In this document: piece after piece, positions 10,088 to 19,693 of the stretch | Layout of the letters: every line of letters starts with the position of its first letter | Numbering within the stretch: position 1 is the stretch's first letter | IMG/VR virus record: IMGVR_UViG_3300035695_000001 | Span: 1 to 64,000 of that record | Length of the DNA: 64,000 nucleotides | Direction: 5' to 3' (one strand) | From: a virus | Made by a program: the position numbers and the translations under genes | Notes under the pieces: model-generated | Databases searched by the model: none | Told to the model about the DNA's origin: nothing | Seen by the model: the letters and a program-made list of their open reading frames with translations, nothing else

Positions 10088-10396
10088 ATGCCCGACAAAA
10101 ACGATCCCTACGTCGAGAACTACCCCAACCTTCTCAACTGGCTGACGAAGCACGGCGCCGTCCGCATGGTGGCGATGCCTGTCGGTGAGCTTGGGAAATC
10201 GACGGGTCACCGTATCGAGTGCTGGCGGTTCAAGAACAACAACATGGCGATCGTCGCGATCTATGGGGATCAGCGCGGCTGGGACATCTTCACCGCCAAC
10301 GATGGGGGCGACAGTACCAGCCGGAAGACCTTCACCGACGCGGAGGCCAGACTCGGGCTCAAGCGTGTCATCCGCAGCAAGAGTAAGGCGTCGTGA
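10088..10396 (+). CDS. hypothetical protein
   Basis: SD GGAGG before ATG 10088. Confidence 0.7.
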   Translation: MPDKNDPYVENYPNLLNWLTKHGAVRMVAMPVGELGKSTGHRIECWRFKNNNMAIVAIYGDQRGWDIFTANDGGDSTSRKTFTDAEARLGLKRVIRSKSKAS

Positions 10397-11088
10397 CGCA
10401 ACTCCCCGATCCCAACCCCCTCAAGGCCGACGTCCCGCTGGAGGTGAAGCAGCCATCCCGCGTGCTGGGCCGGTTCCTCGGCGCCCTCCTGAAGGATGCC
10501 GGCCTCTCCCAGGCTGCCCTCGCCCGAGCGGTGGGGGACAGGAGCACCAGACCCCTCTCCGAACTGCTCGCTGGCAAGTCGGCGGCCATCGAGGACACCG
10601 TCGAGCGCTACCTCGTCGGCCTCGGCCGGTCCGACATGGTGGCTGCCTACGCCAGGGCCGCCCTGCTCGTGACCATCGCGGATCTCGGCGCTCCGAGGGC
10701 GCTGGCCGTCATCCTCGGCATGGTCTCGGAGGTTTTCCTGTCCCCGCGCGTGAGCCTGAACGGGGAGTGCCTCCTGACGAACGCGGGCCTCGCCTCGGAT
10801 GACCTGGCCACGATCGTGGCCGCCATCTCCGACATCACGGAGACCCTGCACAGTGCCGCCATCACCCCGGCTGCTCAGTCGTCGCGGACGCTCACCAAGA
10901 CGAAGATCCACACGTTCACCGGCTTCTGCGTGGTGAGCCCTGACGGCTTCGTCTCCTCCTCCGGCCACACGGACCGGGACGAGGCGCGGGGAGTCGCCAT
11001 CGAGAAGCATGGACGCGCCGGCCTGTGGCGCATCCTCGCCGCCGAGGATCTCCCGGCGGACGTCGTGAAGAACGGAGCGAAACCGTGA
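10393..11088 (+). CDS. XRE-like helix-turn-helix protein
   Basis: LLKDAGLSQAALARAVG...LSELLAG HTH-like segment. Confidence 0.55.
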   Translation: MTQLPDPNPLKADVPLEVKQPSRVLGRFLGALLKDAGLSQAALARAVGDRSTRPLSELLAGKSAAIEDTVERYLVGLGRSDMVAAYARAALLVTIADLGAPRALAVILGMVSEVFLSPRVSLNGECLLTNAGLASDDLATIVAAISDITETLHSAAITPAAQSSRTLTKTKIHTFTGFCVVSPDGFVSSSGHTDRDEARGVAIEKHGRAGLWRILAAEDLPADVVKNGAKP

Positions 11089-11549
11089 GCCTCAAGGACC
11101 CCAGCAAGAACGTGCTGGCTGACGTGAAGCCTGGCGACAGGCTGGCGATGGTCAGTCGCGAAGGCGCACCGCTCGACATCCTCGTGGTCTCCGAGCGCAA
11201 GCCTCGTAGCATCGTCACCAAGCGCGGCGACGGTGGGTACGAGGAGGGGTGGACCTTCGCTGGCGCTTCCACCACCAAGGATGAGCCGTGCCGGGTGCGC
11301 CTGGCAACCCCACGGGACGAGGCTGTCGTAGCAGCCATCAAGGCGCTTCGTGATGCGAAGAACGCCGAGTACAGCGCCAAGGTCGCGGCCAACCGAGCGG
11401 TGGCCGCGGTGAAGGAGCACCGCGCCAAACTGGCGGAGTGGGAGCGTGCCGTGGTCGACAGCAAGGATGCGCACGAGACGGCGGTGCCCCAGTTTGCCGC
11501 GCGACACCCCACTTTGCCCGCAAGCGGCACCGCTCGGCATAGACTGTAG
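11085..11549 (+). CDS. hypothetical protein (3' end possibly replaced by an insertion)
   Basis: GTGA coupling; coiled coil ends abruptly near 11487. Confidence 0.65.
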   Translation: MSLKDPSKNVLADVKPGDRLAMVSREGAPLDILVVSERKPRSIVTKRGDGGYEEGWTFAGASTTKDEPCRVRLATPRDEAVVAAIKALRDAKNAEYSAKVAANRAVAAVKEHRAKLAEWERAVVDSKDAHETAVPQFAARHPTLPASGTARHRL

Positions 11550-11770
11550 GCGCCGCTTCTCCGGCCCCAGGGCGACTTGACGCAACCCCTGATCCCAGAG
11601 GTCACGCCCACGTCCGCAAGCTCGGTCCCTGTCCGTCGCCTACCACTCCGGATCCGCAGCGGAACCAGGACGGCACGATCGCGGTCGCCAGCATCGGGAC
11701 AACGACCGGGTACCAACCGATCGTCCCCCCGGCGCTCGACACCCAGGAAAACGACCCGAGGAGAAAGACC

Positions 11771-12034
11771 ATGCTCGAAGAACTTGCGCTGATGATCAAA
11801 GTTGCATGTATGTGCATGCAACCCGCTGTTACGGCAGCATGGATGAGCCCGGATGGCACCGATTTCGTGCTTACTGGCCCGGAATGGACTCCTGCACTTG
11901 CCCGTGCAGGCGCACGGCTCTCGGTCGACGCGCAGAGGCAACTCATGCCGGGTTTTGAGCAACTCATCGAAGGCGGATACGAGGAGAACATCGCCCAAGA
12001 CGATGTCCCTGATTGGATTCAGGTGTACCCGTGA
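11771..12034 (+). CDS. hypothetical protein in lower-GC patch
   Basis: SD GAGGAG; more A/T-ending codons than neighbours. Confidence 0.55.
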   Translation: MLEELALMIKVACMCMQPAVTAAWMSPDGTDFVLTGPEWTPALARAGARLSVDAQRQLMPGFEQLIEGGYEENIAQDDVPDWIQVYP

Positions 12035-12093
12035 GAAGCGCTCGGAGACGTCGAGGAAGCGGAGCGGGCGCTGGAAGCGGCGAAGGCGGCCCC

Positions 12094-12306
12094 TTGAGCG
12101 GCCCCCACGACCCCGACGACGACGCCCTGTGCTGGAACGGCTGGGGCAGGGCCACGGGCTCCTCCTTCTCGGTGCTCCACCCGGATCTGCTCTCTGGGAG
12201 GAGAGCCTTCGGGCACTGCGTCGCGGTACCGGCCCTGTGCAACGGGCTATGCGCTGGGCTCTGCACCGAGGAGGACGAGGCCCGAGCCAAGGCGGAGAGT
12301 GTCTAG
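12094..12306 (+). CDS. small Cys-containing hypothetical protein
   Basis: TTG start overlapping TGA; high GC3. Confidence 0.4.
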   Translation: MSGPHDPDDDALCWNGWGRATGSSFSVLHPDLLSGRRAFGHCVAVPALCNGLCAGLCTEEDEARAKAESV

Positions 12307-12331
12307 CACCACGTCCAATGTGTGCTAGACA
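12300..12331. promoter_or_regulatory. Paired operator motif TGTCTAGCA-N14-TGCTAGACA
   Basis: Same motif as 6902, followed by the same GTGACCAGG. Confidence 0.75.
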
Positions 12332-12418
12332 GTGACCAGGACGACGCGCACACCCCGAGCCGCAAGGCTGTCGGGGTCGTGGCGTTGAGGCGGCTTGTGC
12401 CGCCGGAGAGGATCCGCC

Positions 12419-12721
12419 ATGGGAGACAAATTCAGCATCAACGTCGGCCCCGGTTGCGTCATCGGAGCCACAGCGATCGGGCCTGGGGCCACCGCCCACG
12501 GCTCCGTCACCGTCGGGGGCCCGCCAACCGATCGGGGGGAGCGCCTGCGGGCAACGCTCGACGTCAGGGGCGCCACATCGCACCGGGACCTGGCCGACCT
12601 CCTGGAGCAGGCCGCCATCGCCATCCGGAAGGCTGGACCGGGCGGCAAGGTCGGCGCCATCGGCTCCGTCACCGGCGACGCCACCCACGGCATCGCCTGG
12701 ACCATCGACAAGGACAACTGA
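12419..12721 (+). CDS. hypothetical protein
   Basis: SD GAGG; internal repeat GSVT/ATAHG. Confidence 0.65.
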   Translation: MGDKFSINVGPGCVIGATAIGPGATAHGSVTVGGPPTDRGERLRATLDVRGATSHRDLADLLEQAAIAIRKAGPGGKVGAIGSVTGDATHGIAWTIDKDN

Positions 12722-12790
12722 CCACACGGTCCGGCGCACGCCTCGGGGACCTTCGGGTCTGCCGAGGCTGGCGTCGTAGGAGGCATCACC

Positions 12791-13264
12791 ATGCAGAGCA
12801 GATACATGGCGGCACGGCCGCAACAATTCTTCGACCCGTCGGTCGACTACAACGCCGAGAAGGTCACCGAGCGCCTGCGCTTGGCACTGGCGGTCCTCGC
12901 CGACGTCCCGGCTGGCAACGTGGTGGGCGAGGAGCACACGTCAGCGCTCGTCGTCGCTCACGATGCGCTCATCAGCGTCGCGGAGTTCTTCCCGAGCGTC
13001 GAGTGCTGGTGCGTGGTGAAGCACTACGCCAGCCACGACGAAGACCCGACCGACCCGTGGAACCCGACCGTCTGGTGCGCCTTCACGACGGAGGCCCAGG
13101 CCCGCGCGTTCGGCCCTGCGATCGAAGACCACTACGGCAATGAAGCCAAGCGGCGCGGAGGGCGACGCGACCGCTTCGTCGTGGAGCGAGCGGCGTGCAA
13201 GGTGACCCAGATCCTGCGGCCCGACCTGGCCGCCGAGGACTACGTGAAGAGGCTCGGGTCGTGA
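12791..13264 (+). CDS. hypothetical protein
   Basis: SD AGGAGG. Confidence 0.75.
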   Translation: MQSRYMAARPQQFFDPSVDYNAEKVTERLRLALAVLADVPAGNVVGEEHTSALVVAHDALISVAEFFPSVECWCVVKHYASHDEDPTDPWNPTVWCAFTTEAQARAFGPAIEDHYGNEAKRRGGRRDRFVVERAACKVTQILRPDLAAEDYVKRLGS

Positions 13265-13530
13265 GCGCCGACGTGACCCGCGAGAGGGAGGCCCTCTTCA
13301 CGCTGGCGACTGGCAAGAGCCCGAACGAGGCGCCAGAAGCATGGAGGAAGTTCTTCGATGGCTTCACCGAGTTCGCCAAGAACTACCGCAACCGGGCGCT
13401 GAGCGACGCGCAAGAGGCGGTCTGCAAGTACCAGCCGATCCCGACGGAGGACATGAAGCCGGCCTACCGCCGTGGCTTCGAGGACACCCGCGCCGCGTGC
13501 GGGCTCGCCGTGCTGGAACTCAAGTCGTAG
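13261..13530 (+). CDS. hypothetical protein
   Basis: GTGA coupling. Confidence 0.65.
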   Translation: MSADVTREREALFTLATGKSPNEAPEAWRKFFDGFTEFAKNYRNRALSDAQEAVCKYQPIPTEDMKPAYRRGFEDTRAACGLAVLELKS

Positions 13531-13586
13531 GGCGCACGCCTCGGGAGCCTTCTGGCTTGCCGAGGCTGGCGTCGTAGGAGGTGACC

Positions 13587-14054
13587 ATGGAGACGTTCAA
13601 GGAAGTCCTGGCGCGGTGCAGGCTGGGCAACGGACCGTCGCAAGAGGACGACCCGGAGGACTGGGACGAGAGCGGGCGGGACACGCGCTGCGCCATCTGC
13701 CGCGACGAGATGTGCATCTGCGGCAACTGCTACGACTGCGAGCACGACACCGACGAACGACACGGCTGGTCCCCGTTGACGACGGAGTACCTGGAGGACG
13801 GCAGGACGCGCCCCTGGCGCAACGGCAAGGGTCGGTACGTGATCAAGGACCGCGACGACGGGCGCTACATCGGTCGGGAGCTGGATGGCGGCACGCCCGC
13901 GATCCAGTGCTGGCCTAGCAGGCTCACGCGCCACGTCATGCACTTCCGAACGAGGAGCGCCGCGCAGAAGTACATCGACGACGGCAAGACTGGGTTCCCG
14001 AAGCACGAGCACAGCGTCCGCCGTGTGCGAGCGCTGAAGAAGGTCACGAAGTGA
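13587..14054 (+). CDS. Cys-rich hypothetical protein
   Basis: SD AGGAGG; CAIC...CICGNCYDC. Confidence 0.75.
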   Translation: METFKEVLARCRLGNGPSQEDDPEDWDESGRDTRCAICRDEMCICGNCYDCEHDTDERHGWSPLTTEYLEDGRTRPWRNGKGRYVIKDRDDGRYIGRELDGGTPAIQCWPSRLTRHVMHFRTRSAAQKYIDDGKTGFPKHEHSVRRVRALKKVTK

Positions 14055-14272
14055 CCCCGCTCGGAGACGAACTGGACCGGCTCCGGCGCGAGGCGCTGCT
14101 GAACGCCGAGACCACCACGGGCGACACCCGAGAGCAGTGGCGCGGGGAGGCCAGGGCCTACGAGAACGCGCGCAGGATGCTCTCCGACCGCGTCGAGCAC
14201 CAGCGCCCTGCGGACCGCCGCACGCTGGCCCTTTGGGGCTTTGGCGAGACGGCAAGGGGGACGGGAACGTGA
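14051..14272 (+). CDS. small hypothetical protein
   Basis: GTGA coupling at both ends. Confidence 0.55.
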   Translation: MTPLGDELDRLRREALLNAETTTGDTREQWRGEARAYENARRMLSDRVEHQRPADRRTLALWGFGETARGTGT

Positions 14273-14718
14273 GGAACCGCAAGCAAGACACCGGCAAGGT
14301 CTTCCGTCGGTTCGACGCTGGCGCCTCCGCTCGATCGAAGGGCGGCGACAAGAACGACTGCCAAGTGAGGGCGCTGGCTACGGCTCGCGGCATCGCCTAC
14401 AACGAAGCCTACAACCTGCTCTACCGGATCCAGGGGGAGCGAGGCTGGTGCTCGTTCTGCCTCGTCGAGGCGCTAGGTGAACTAGACCCTCGGCTCGACG
14501 TCGTGCGCCGTCTCGACTTCCCTGCCGTGAAGGGCAAGCCTCGGATGACGGGGCGCGCGTTCTGCGCTCAGTACCCCTGCGGGCGCTTCATCCTGCGCAT
14601 GTCCCACCACGTCGCCGCGGTGGTGGACGGCGTGCTGACCGACACGTTCGACTCTTCGGAGAAGTGCGTCTACCTCGCCTGGGAGATCGCAGAGGCGGCA
14701 AGGGGAACTGGAACGTGA
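14269..14718 (+). CDS. putative papain-fold (Cys-His-Asp) phage protein
   Basis: NDCQVRALATA...HVAAVVDG...DTFDS pattern. Confidence 0.55.
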   Translation: MRNRKQDTGKVFRRFDAGASARSKGGDKNDCQVRALATARGIAYNEAYNLLYRIQGERGWCSFCLVEALGELDPRLDVVRRLDFPAVKGKPRMTGRAFCAQYPCGRFILRMSHHVAAVVDGVLTDTFDSSEKCVYLAWEIAEAARGTGT

Positions 14719-15134
14719 CCGGCTTCGACGCACGCGCGGCCCTCAAGGCTCGCGACGACATGAAGCACGAGGACTACCTGCTTTCCGAACTGGTGCTGGC
14801 GACCCTGTCCACCAAGCGCTGGTGGACGATCGCCGGCTTGAGAGACAACGTCGGGGCGTTCTACCGTGGGGTGACCGCCGAGGAGGTCGAGCGGGTCGTC
14901 CGAGTCTACCAGGACATCGGAACCGTCGTCTCCAGGCGCGTCAAGGGCCGCAAGGAGCGCTTCTCGACGCTGTGGGCGTTCCGCAAGGCTCATCCCCGCG
15001 GGAGCCTCCGTGGCACGCTGGCGGAGGCCAACGAGCGGCGGCGCCTCTTCCTCGCTGAGGCGCGGGTCAGGGCCGCCGAGATCCGGGAAGAGCAACGCAA
15101 GAGGTGGAGCGCCGCAGGGTCGGCCAATCCGTGA
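14715..15134 (+). CDS. hypothetical protein, possible winged helix
   Basis: GTGA coupling; helical and basic segment. Confidence 0.55.
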   Translation: MTGFDARAALKARDDMKHEDYLLSELVLATLSTKRWWTIAGLRDNVGAFYRGVTAEEVERVVRVYQDIGTVVSRRVKGRKERFSTLWAFRKAHPRGSLRGTLAEANERRRLFLAEARVRAAEIREEQRKRWSAAGSANP

Positions 15135-15156
15135 CCGATCCGGCTGGCGTTCGTGG

Positions 15157-15185
15157 TGTCTAGCAGCGCCGTTCTGTGCTAGACA
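15157..15185. promoter_or_regulatory. Paired operator motif TGTCTAGCA-N11-TGCTAGACA upstream of ssb
   Basis: Exact motif pair in intergenic DNA. Confidence 0.75.
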
Positions 15186-15227
15186 GTGGAGAGCGCTGGG
15201 CATGGTCCCAGGCGCAAGGAGATCAGC

Positions 15228-15803
15228 ATGATCGCTGTGGTTGTGGTGGGGAACGTGGGCAACTTCGAGGTCCGGTACACGGGCGACGGGACGCCGATCC
15301 TGTCCCTCTCGGTCGCGAGCAACGGCCGGGAGAAGATCCACGGCGAGTGGAAGGACGTCGCCACCTGGGTCAAGTGCTCCTGGTTCGGGAAGAGGGCGGA
15401 GAACTTCGGCAGCCTGGTCCAGAAGGGCTCCACCGTCGTGGTGCGGGGGAACCTCACCCTCGGGTCCTTCCAGGGTCGTGACGGGCAGACCAGAACCAGC
15501 CTGGAGTGCCGGGTCGACGACATCGACTTCGCCGGCCCGAAGCGCCAGGACGGCGGAGGAGAGCACGCGCCGGCCCCGCAAGGACAGGGCGGCCAGCGCC
15601 CGCAGGGGCAGCGGCAGGCGCCTGCCACTGGTGGCGGCGGGTACCAGCGGCGGCCCGAGCCGGCGGCAGCACCTCCACCGGCGGCTGGTGGTGGCGACGA
15701 CTACACCGGAGACGTGGACCCCGACGAGGACATTCCTTTCGCCTCATGCTCGATGAGCCACGACCCCATCCTGCGCTCCATGCGTTGGGTTCGCTTCCCC
15801 TGA
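15228..15803 (+). CDS. ssb: single-stranded DNA-binding protein
   Basis: VVGNVG..EVRYT..G, TWVKCSWFGKRAE, KGSTVVVRGNL, Gly/Gln/Pro linker and DEDIPF. Confidence 0.95.
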   Translation: MIAVVVVGNVGNFEVRYTGDGTPILSLSVASNGREKIHGEWKDVATWVKCSWFGKRAENFGSLVQKGSTVVVRGNLTLGSFQGRDGQTRTSLECRVDDIDFAGPKRQDGGGEHAPAPQGQGGQRPQGQRQAPATGGGGYQRRPEPAAAPPPAAGGGDDYTGDVDPDEDIPFASCSMSHDPILRSMRWVRFP

Positions 15804-15836
15804 CATGGGACCGAGCCGGCGGTCATCCCGGCACAC

Positions 15837-15909
15837 CGAGGGATAGCCTAGGTGGATAGGCACCAGTTTTGGGTACTGGTCCACGCGAGTTCGACCCTCG
15901 CTCCCTCGA
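15837..15909 (+). tRNA. tRNA-Pro(UGG), no encoded CCA
   Basis: Acceptor CGAGGGA/TCCCTCG plus A73; D-arm GCCT/AGGC; anticodon stem CCAGT/ACTGG with loop TT-TGG-GT; T-arm GCGAG-TTCGACC-CTCGC. C1:G72 and A73 match Pro identity elements. Confidence 0.92.
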
Positions 15910-15949
15910 CGAAGAAACGGCGGCGCAGACGCGCTGCCAGGAGGACATC

Positions 15950-17683
15950 ATGGCGCAGCAGAGCAGGTTCACCGCAGCGAGTGTCAGCACTGGCCCGGAT
16001 CGGTCGCCGATGAAGACGATCGTCACCGGCAACTCAGGGGACGGCAAGACGTTCTTCGTCTCCACGATCGTGGACTCCAACGGAGGTCCGATCTTCTTCA
16101 TGCCGGTCGAGGAGGGGGCCAAGGGCATGTGCCCGGACGCGAGCCCGGCCGGCTTCCGGCGCGGCGACACCTGGCTCGCTCCGCGCGACCTCCCGGACTT
16201 CTACGACATGCTCGACGCCTTCCTGCACGAGGTCAACGTTCCCGTGGACGTGGAGGGTCCGGATGGCAAGCCGGTGAAGCGCCGCCCCTACCGGCACCTC
16301 GGCGTCGACAGCCTCACTGGGCTGGAGAGGCTGGTCCACCAGTCAGTCTGCCAGATCGAGCAGGTGGGCAACATGGAGGCGAAGGAGTACGGCAAGGTGT
16401 GGAGGGCCGCTGTGCCTGTGTGGCAGGGGGTCCAGAACAAGCTCGACGAGATCCGCCGGAGCGGCGTCAACCTCTGGATCATCGCGCACGCGACCGAGTC
16501 CATCGACGCGAGCGACACCGGGCAGGTGTTCCGGAAGCAGGACATCATGCTCTCCGGGTCTGGCAAGACCCTCGTCGAGGCGCAGCACCTCTGGCGTGGC
16601 TGGACGGACAACGTGTTCTTCCTTCTGAAGAAGGTGAAGGTCACGGCCGGGTCCAAGACGACGCGGGCGATGGCCAAACTCGGCGGGCGCGTGATCGTCA
16701 CCACGGACAACGGCCGGATCTACGCCAAGACCAGGCACGCGCTGCCCCCCGAGATCCCGGCGACGTGGCCGGACCTCCAGCGGGCGCTCAAGGCGGGGAT
16801 GTCGGTCAAGCCGGCCGAGGTCCAGAAGCAGGTGGCCGCGATCCTGCCCAAGTTGGAGCCGGACGACGCGGCACTGATCTCCGCGGACTTGGCCTTGGCC
16901 AAGAGCCCGAGCCAGTTGGCCGCCGTGCTCTCCCGCGCGCAGGGGATGCTCCTCGTGGACCTGGACGATGAGGCTCCGGAGGAGGAACCCAAGCCGGCGC
17001 CGACGAAGCAACCGCAGTATTCGGAGGCACGCCCGCACCCGCTCAGCGCGCCCTCGGACGATGGCGAGGAGGTCCCGCAGTCGGCGCGCCCGCAGGCTCA
17101 GCCTGTCCGTCCAAAGCCGGCCGCCGAGCCTCCTATCCCTCCGCCGCCCGAGAGCCAGCCCTGGGCCGATCCGCCCAAGGCACCTCGCACCCTCGGCGAG
17201 GCGGTCAGCACGGCGGTCGCCGCCGGCATCCTGGCAGCAGAGGCGAAGGACGCCGAGGCGTACAAGGCCGCCAAACTGGGCCTGGTCGCCTACTTCGACG
17301 CGAACAACATCCCGCAGGCCCGGCGTGACCTCGCCGTCGCGCAGTTCAAGGAGCGGGTGGCGCTCGTCGTCGGGCCGAAGGCTGCCCATGGCCCCGTCCA
17401 GCCCGCGGGGCGCCCGACCATGCCCGAGGCAGCGGCGCCGCCCCGCACCGACGGCGATGGGAACCGCTCGGCGGTCTCTCCCCCGCCTCCTACCCCGCGT
17501 CCGGCGAACGGCTCCCAGCAACGGCACGAGCAGCACGGGCCACCGACCCCGCGCTCCGCCCCGTCCACGGCGCTGGCCCCCGAGGACGAGGCCACCCTCT
17601 TCGGCAAGGACCGGCAGCGGCCCGGCAAGGTGGCGCCACAGGAACCGCCGGCCAGGAACCCCGACGATCCCGAAGACTACTGA
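15950..17683 (+). CDS. AAA_24/Sak4-like P-loop ATPase (single-strand annealing) with long Pro-rich C-terminus
   Basis: Walker A GNSGDGKT, Walker B-like LGVDSLT, IIAH and AKTR motifs; adjacent to ssb. Confidence 0.8.
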   Translation: MAQQSRFTAASVSTGPDRSPMKTIVTGNSGDGKTFFVSTIVDSNGGPIFFMPVEEGAKGMCPDASPAGFRRGDTWLAPRDLPDFYDMLDAFLHEVNVPVDVEGPDGKPVKRRPYRHLGVDSLTGLERLVHQSVCQIEQVGNMEAKEYGKVWRAAVPVWQGVQNKLDEIRRSGVNLWIIAHATESIDASDTGQVFRKQDIMLSGSGKTLVEAQHLWRGWTDNVFFLLKKVKVTAGSKTTRAMAKLGGRVIVTTDNGRIYAKTRHALPPEIPATWPDLQRALKAGMSVKPAEVQKQVAAILPKLEPDDAALISADLALAKSPSQLAAVLSRAQGMLLVDLDDEAPEEEPKPAPTKQPQYSEARPHPLSAPSDDGEEVPQSARPQAQPVRPKPAAEPPIPPPPESQPWADPPKAPRTLGEAVSTAVAAGILAAEAKDAEAYKAAKLGLVAYFDANNIPQARRDLAVAQFKERVALVVGPKAAHGPVQPAGRPTMPEAAAPPRTDGDGNRSAVSPPPPTPRPANGSQQRHEQHGPPTPRSAPSTALAPEDEATLFGKDRQRPGKVAPQEPPARNPDDPEDY

Positions 17684-17748
17684 CCAGAGCAGGACCAGCG
17701 GCAGCCCACCCTCCAACCGGAGCGGTGGGCTTTCGCGTCGGAGGCAAC

Positions 17749-18072
17749 ATGAGCGGACCGTACAAGGTGTGGGCTGTCCACCGGAACAACGATGAGCGCA
17801 ACCACGGTCCCGTCACGGACCTGTGCTCGCACGAGGCTCTGGCCACGCAGGTCTCGAAGGGCAGCGGGTGGTACGGCGGGGACGCGCCAGTCGTGGAGCG
17901 CTGGGCCGTCAACGTACACGGGCAGACGTTCCTGCTCGACCCGGCCACCAAGGGGGAGCCTGTCACCATCGCCAGGAACCTCGACGAGGTCCACCTCTCG
18001 CAGGAGGAGACCGTACGGAAAGCAGCGCTGGCGAAGTTGACGCCCGCGGAACGGAAGGCACTGGGTCTGTAG
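17749..18072 (+). CDS. hypothetical protein
   Basis: SD GGAGG; C-terminal ALAKLTPAERKALGL motif common in phage proteins. Confidence 0.75.
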   Translation: MSGPYKVWAVHRNNDERNHGPVTDLCSHEALATQVSKGSGWYGGDAPVVERWAVNVHGQTFLLDPATKGEPVTIARNLDEVHLSQEETVRKAALAKLTPAERKALGL

Positions 18073-18131
18073 GACACTGCGCAGACCCCATGGGCTTCGG
18101 CTTGCTGGGGTCGCGTCCTTGGGAGGTACCG

Positions 18132-18650
18132 ATGAACGGCACGTACGACAGCAAGGCGAAGAAGACCGAGGTCATCCGCGCGATCCTGGTGGCGCTCCAC
18201 CAGATCAAGGGCTGGGAGCACGCCCGCGAGGGGTCGCGAGACGGGAGCCGCTGGATCGACTTCGGCGAGAGGATCTGCGTCGGCATCCACCTGGAGTCCC
18301 CGACGCACGGCACGCCCCGGTGGCGGCTCCAGATCGAGCGATTCGGCGGGCAGTGGTTCCACGAGAAGAAGGGCACCGGCTTCGACTACCCAGGCATCGC
18401 CCAAGCATGCATCGACCTGGTGGCGAGGCGGAGGGCCGAGAGAACTGAGGAGGACCGTCGCGCCGCTCTCCAGGACCAGGCCAATGAGATGGCCCTCAAG
18501 CACGGCGTCGCCATCCCGCTCTCGGTCCGGGAGGAGGGTGGCCGGATCGTGCTCTCCATGCGGGCCAGGCCCGTGACCGAGGAGCAAGTGGAGGCGATGA
18601 CCAAGGCGGCTCGGGCCTGCGGGCTGATCCTGCCGGACGCGGAGGAGTAG
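18132..18650 (+). CDS. hypothetical protein
   Basis: SD GGAGG. Confidence 0.75.
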   Translation: MNGTYDSKAKKTEVIRAILVALHQIKGWEHAREGSRDGSRWIDFGERICVGIHLESPTHGTPRWRLQIERFGGQWFHEKKGTGFDYPGIAQACIDLVARRRAERTEEDRRAALQDQANEMALKHGVAIPLSVREEGGRIVLSMRARPVTEEQVEAMTKAARACGLILPDAEE

Positions 18651-18653
18651 GCG

Positions 18654-19442
18654 ATGGAGACCAGCGAGACGGTGGTGCGCGGAGCAGCAGCGGTGCGCGA
18701 GGCGATGGCCGAGGAGCACCTCAAGATGCAGCGTCGCGCGTACCGACGGGTCCGCCCCTATCTGGTCGGGGCGCTGACCCGCCTACGTCGTGCCTACCCT
18801 GGCTTTCAGACGGTCGTCTTCGGCGCAGAGAAGGCGGCCTTCGTGCTCGTCTTCGGTGATGGGACGTTCCACCACGAGGCGCCCAAGGCGTTCGCTGGGC
18901 TCAAGTCGGCCTGTGAAGACCTGGCCAGGCTCTCCGAGATCGAGTGGCTCACCGCCAGCGATCCGATCTGGCAAGTGCGCCAAGACGGCCAGGTGCTGAA
19001 GCCGTCCGAGATCGTCGTCCAGCAGTACCACTACATCGAGAAGGATGGCTGGACGTTCTGGATGCGCCGCCCCCTGCGCGAGGCGCGGTACTACATTCGG
19101 CAGGCCATCTTCTCCCGCGTGTTCTACGGCGCCCAGCGAGCCGGGTTCGGGAAGCGGATCGTGACCGAAGGCGGCGCCGTCATCGACGAGTGGGTTGACC
19201 CGCTCGAAACGACTGTCCTCCGCGTGTTCCGTGAGAGGGGAGTCCCCATCAGCCTGTACCCGCTGTGCAGCGTGCTCCACAAGACCGCGAAGCACAACCG
19301 TGGCACAGACGACAGCGACTTCTACATCTGGGACGTCCAGAAGGCGTGCAAGCGCCTCGTCGTGGCGGGGTCGCTGCGGCAGATCAACCCCAAGGCGAGC
19401 GAAGGTAGCGAGCGGTTCGTGCTGGCGGAGAAGCGCTCGTGA
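18654..19442 (+). CDS. hypothetical protein
   Basis: SD GGAGGAG; coupled to next gene. Confidence 0.7.
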   Translation: METSETVVRGAAAVREAMAEEHLKMQRRAYRRVRPYLVGALTRLRRAYPGFQTVVFGAEKAAFVLVFGDGTFHHEAPKAFAGLKSACEDLARLSEIEWLTASDPIWQVRQDGQVLKPSEIVVQQYHYIEKDGWTFWMRRPLREARYYIRQAIFSRVFYGAQRAGFGKRIVTEGGAVIDEWVDPLETTVLRVFRERGVPISLYPLCSVLHKTAKHNRGTDDSDFYIWDVQKACKRLVVAGSLRQINPKASEGSERFVLAEKRS

Positions 19443-19693
19443 ACCTCGACGACGCTACCCTCGCCAAACTGCACCGCGACCAGACCGAGGCGGTGGTCGC
19501 CTGGCTGGAGACCAACCGCTCCGAGTGGGACACGGAGCCTGGGAACGACCGCGAGTCGCCGGCTCACTCTCGGAACTGGCTCCTCTCGTCCTTGTCCGCG
19601 TTCAAGTCGATGCTCGCACGCGGCAAGTTCAAGCTGACCGACCCACAGATCAAGTGGGTCCGCGACGTCGCCGAGCGATGCAACATCACCTGA
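19439..19693 (+). pseudogene. hypothetical gene truncated by the IS1341-like insertion; lost 3' end at 20962-21052
   Basis: Removing 19690-20961 restores an in-frame C-terminus ending in TGA that overlaps the next ATG. Confidence 0.75.

Noticed and set aside
15837-15909. tRNA as a prophage attachment boundary
   Set aside because: Phage-like genes continue on both sides, and there is no integrase or duplicated tRNA 3' end in the window.
17308-17317. 10-nt match (CATCCCGCAG) to the predicted TnpB guide inside the Sak4-like gene
   Set aside because: The match is short and preceded by ACAA rather than TCAC, so it is probably chance.
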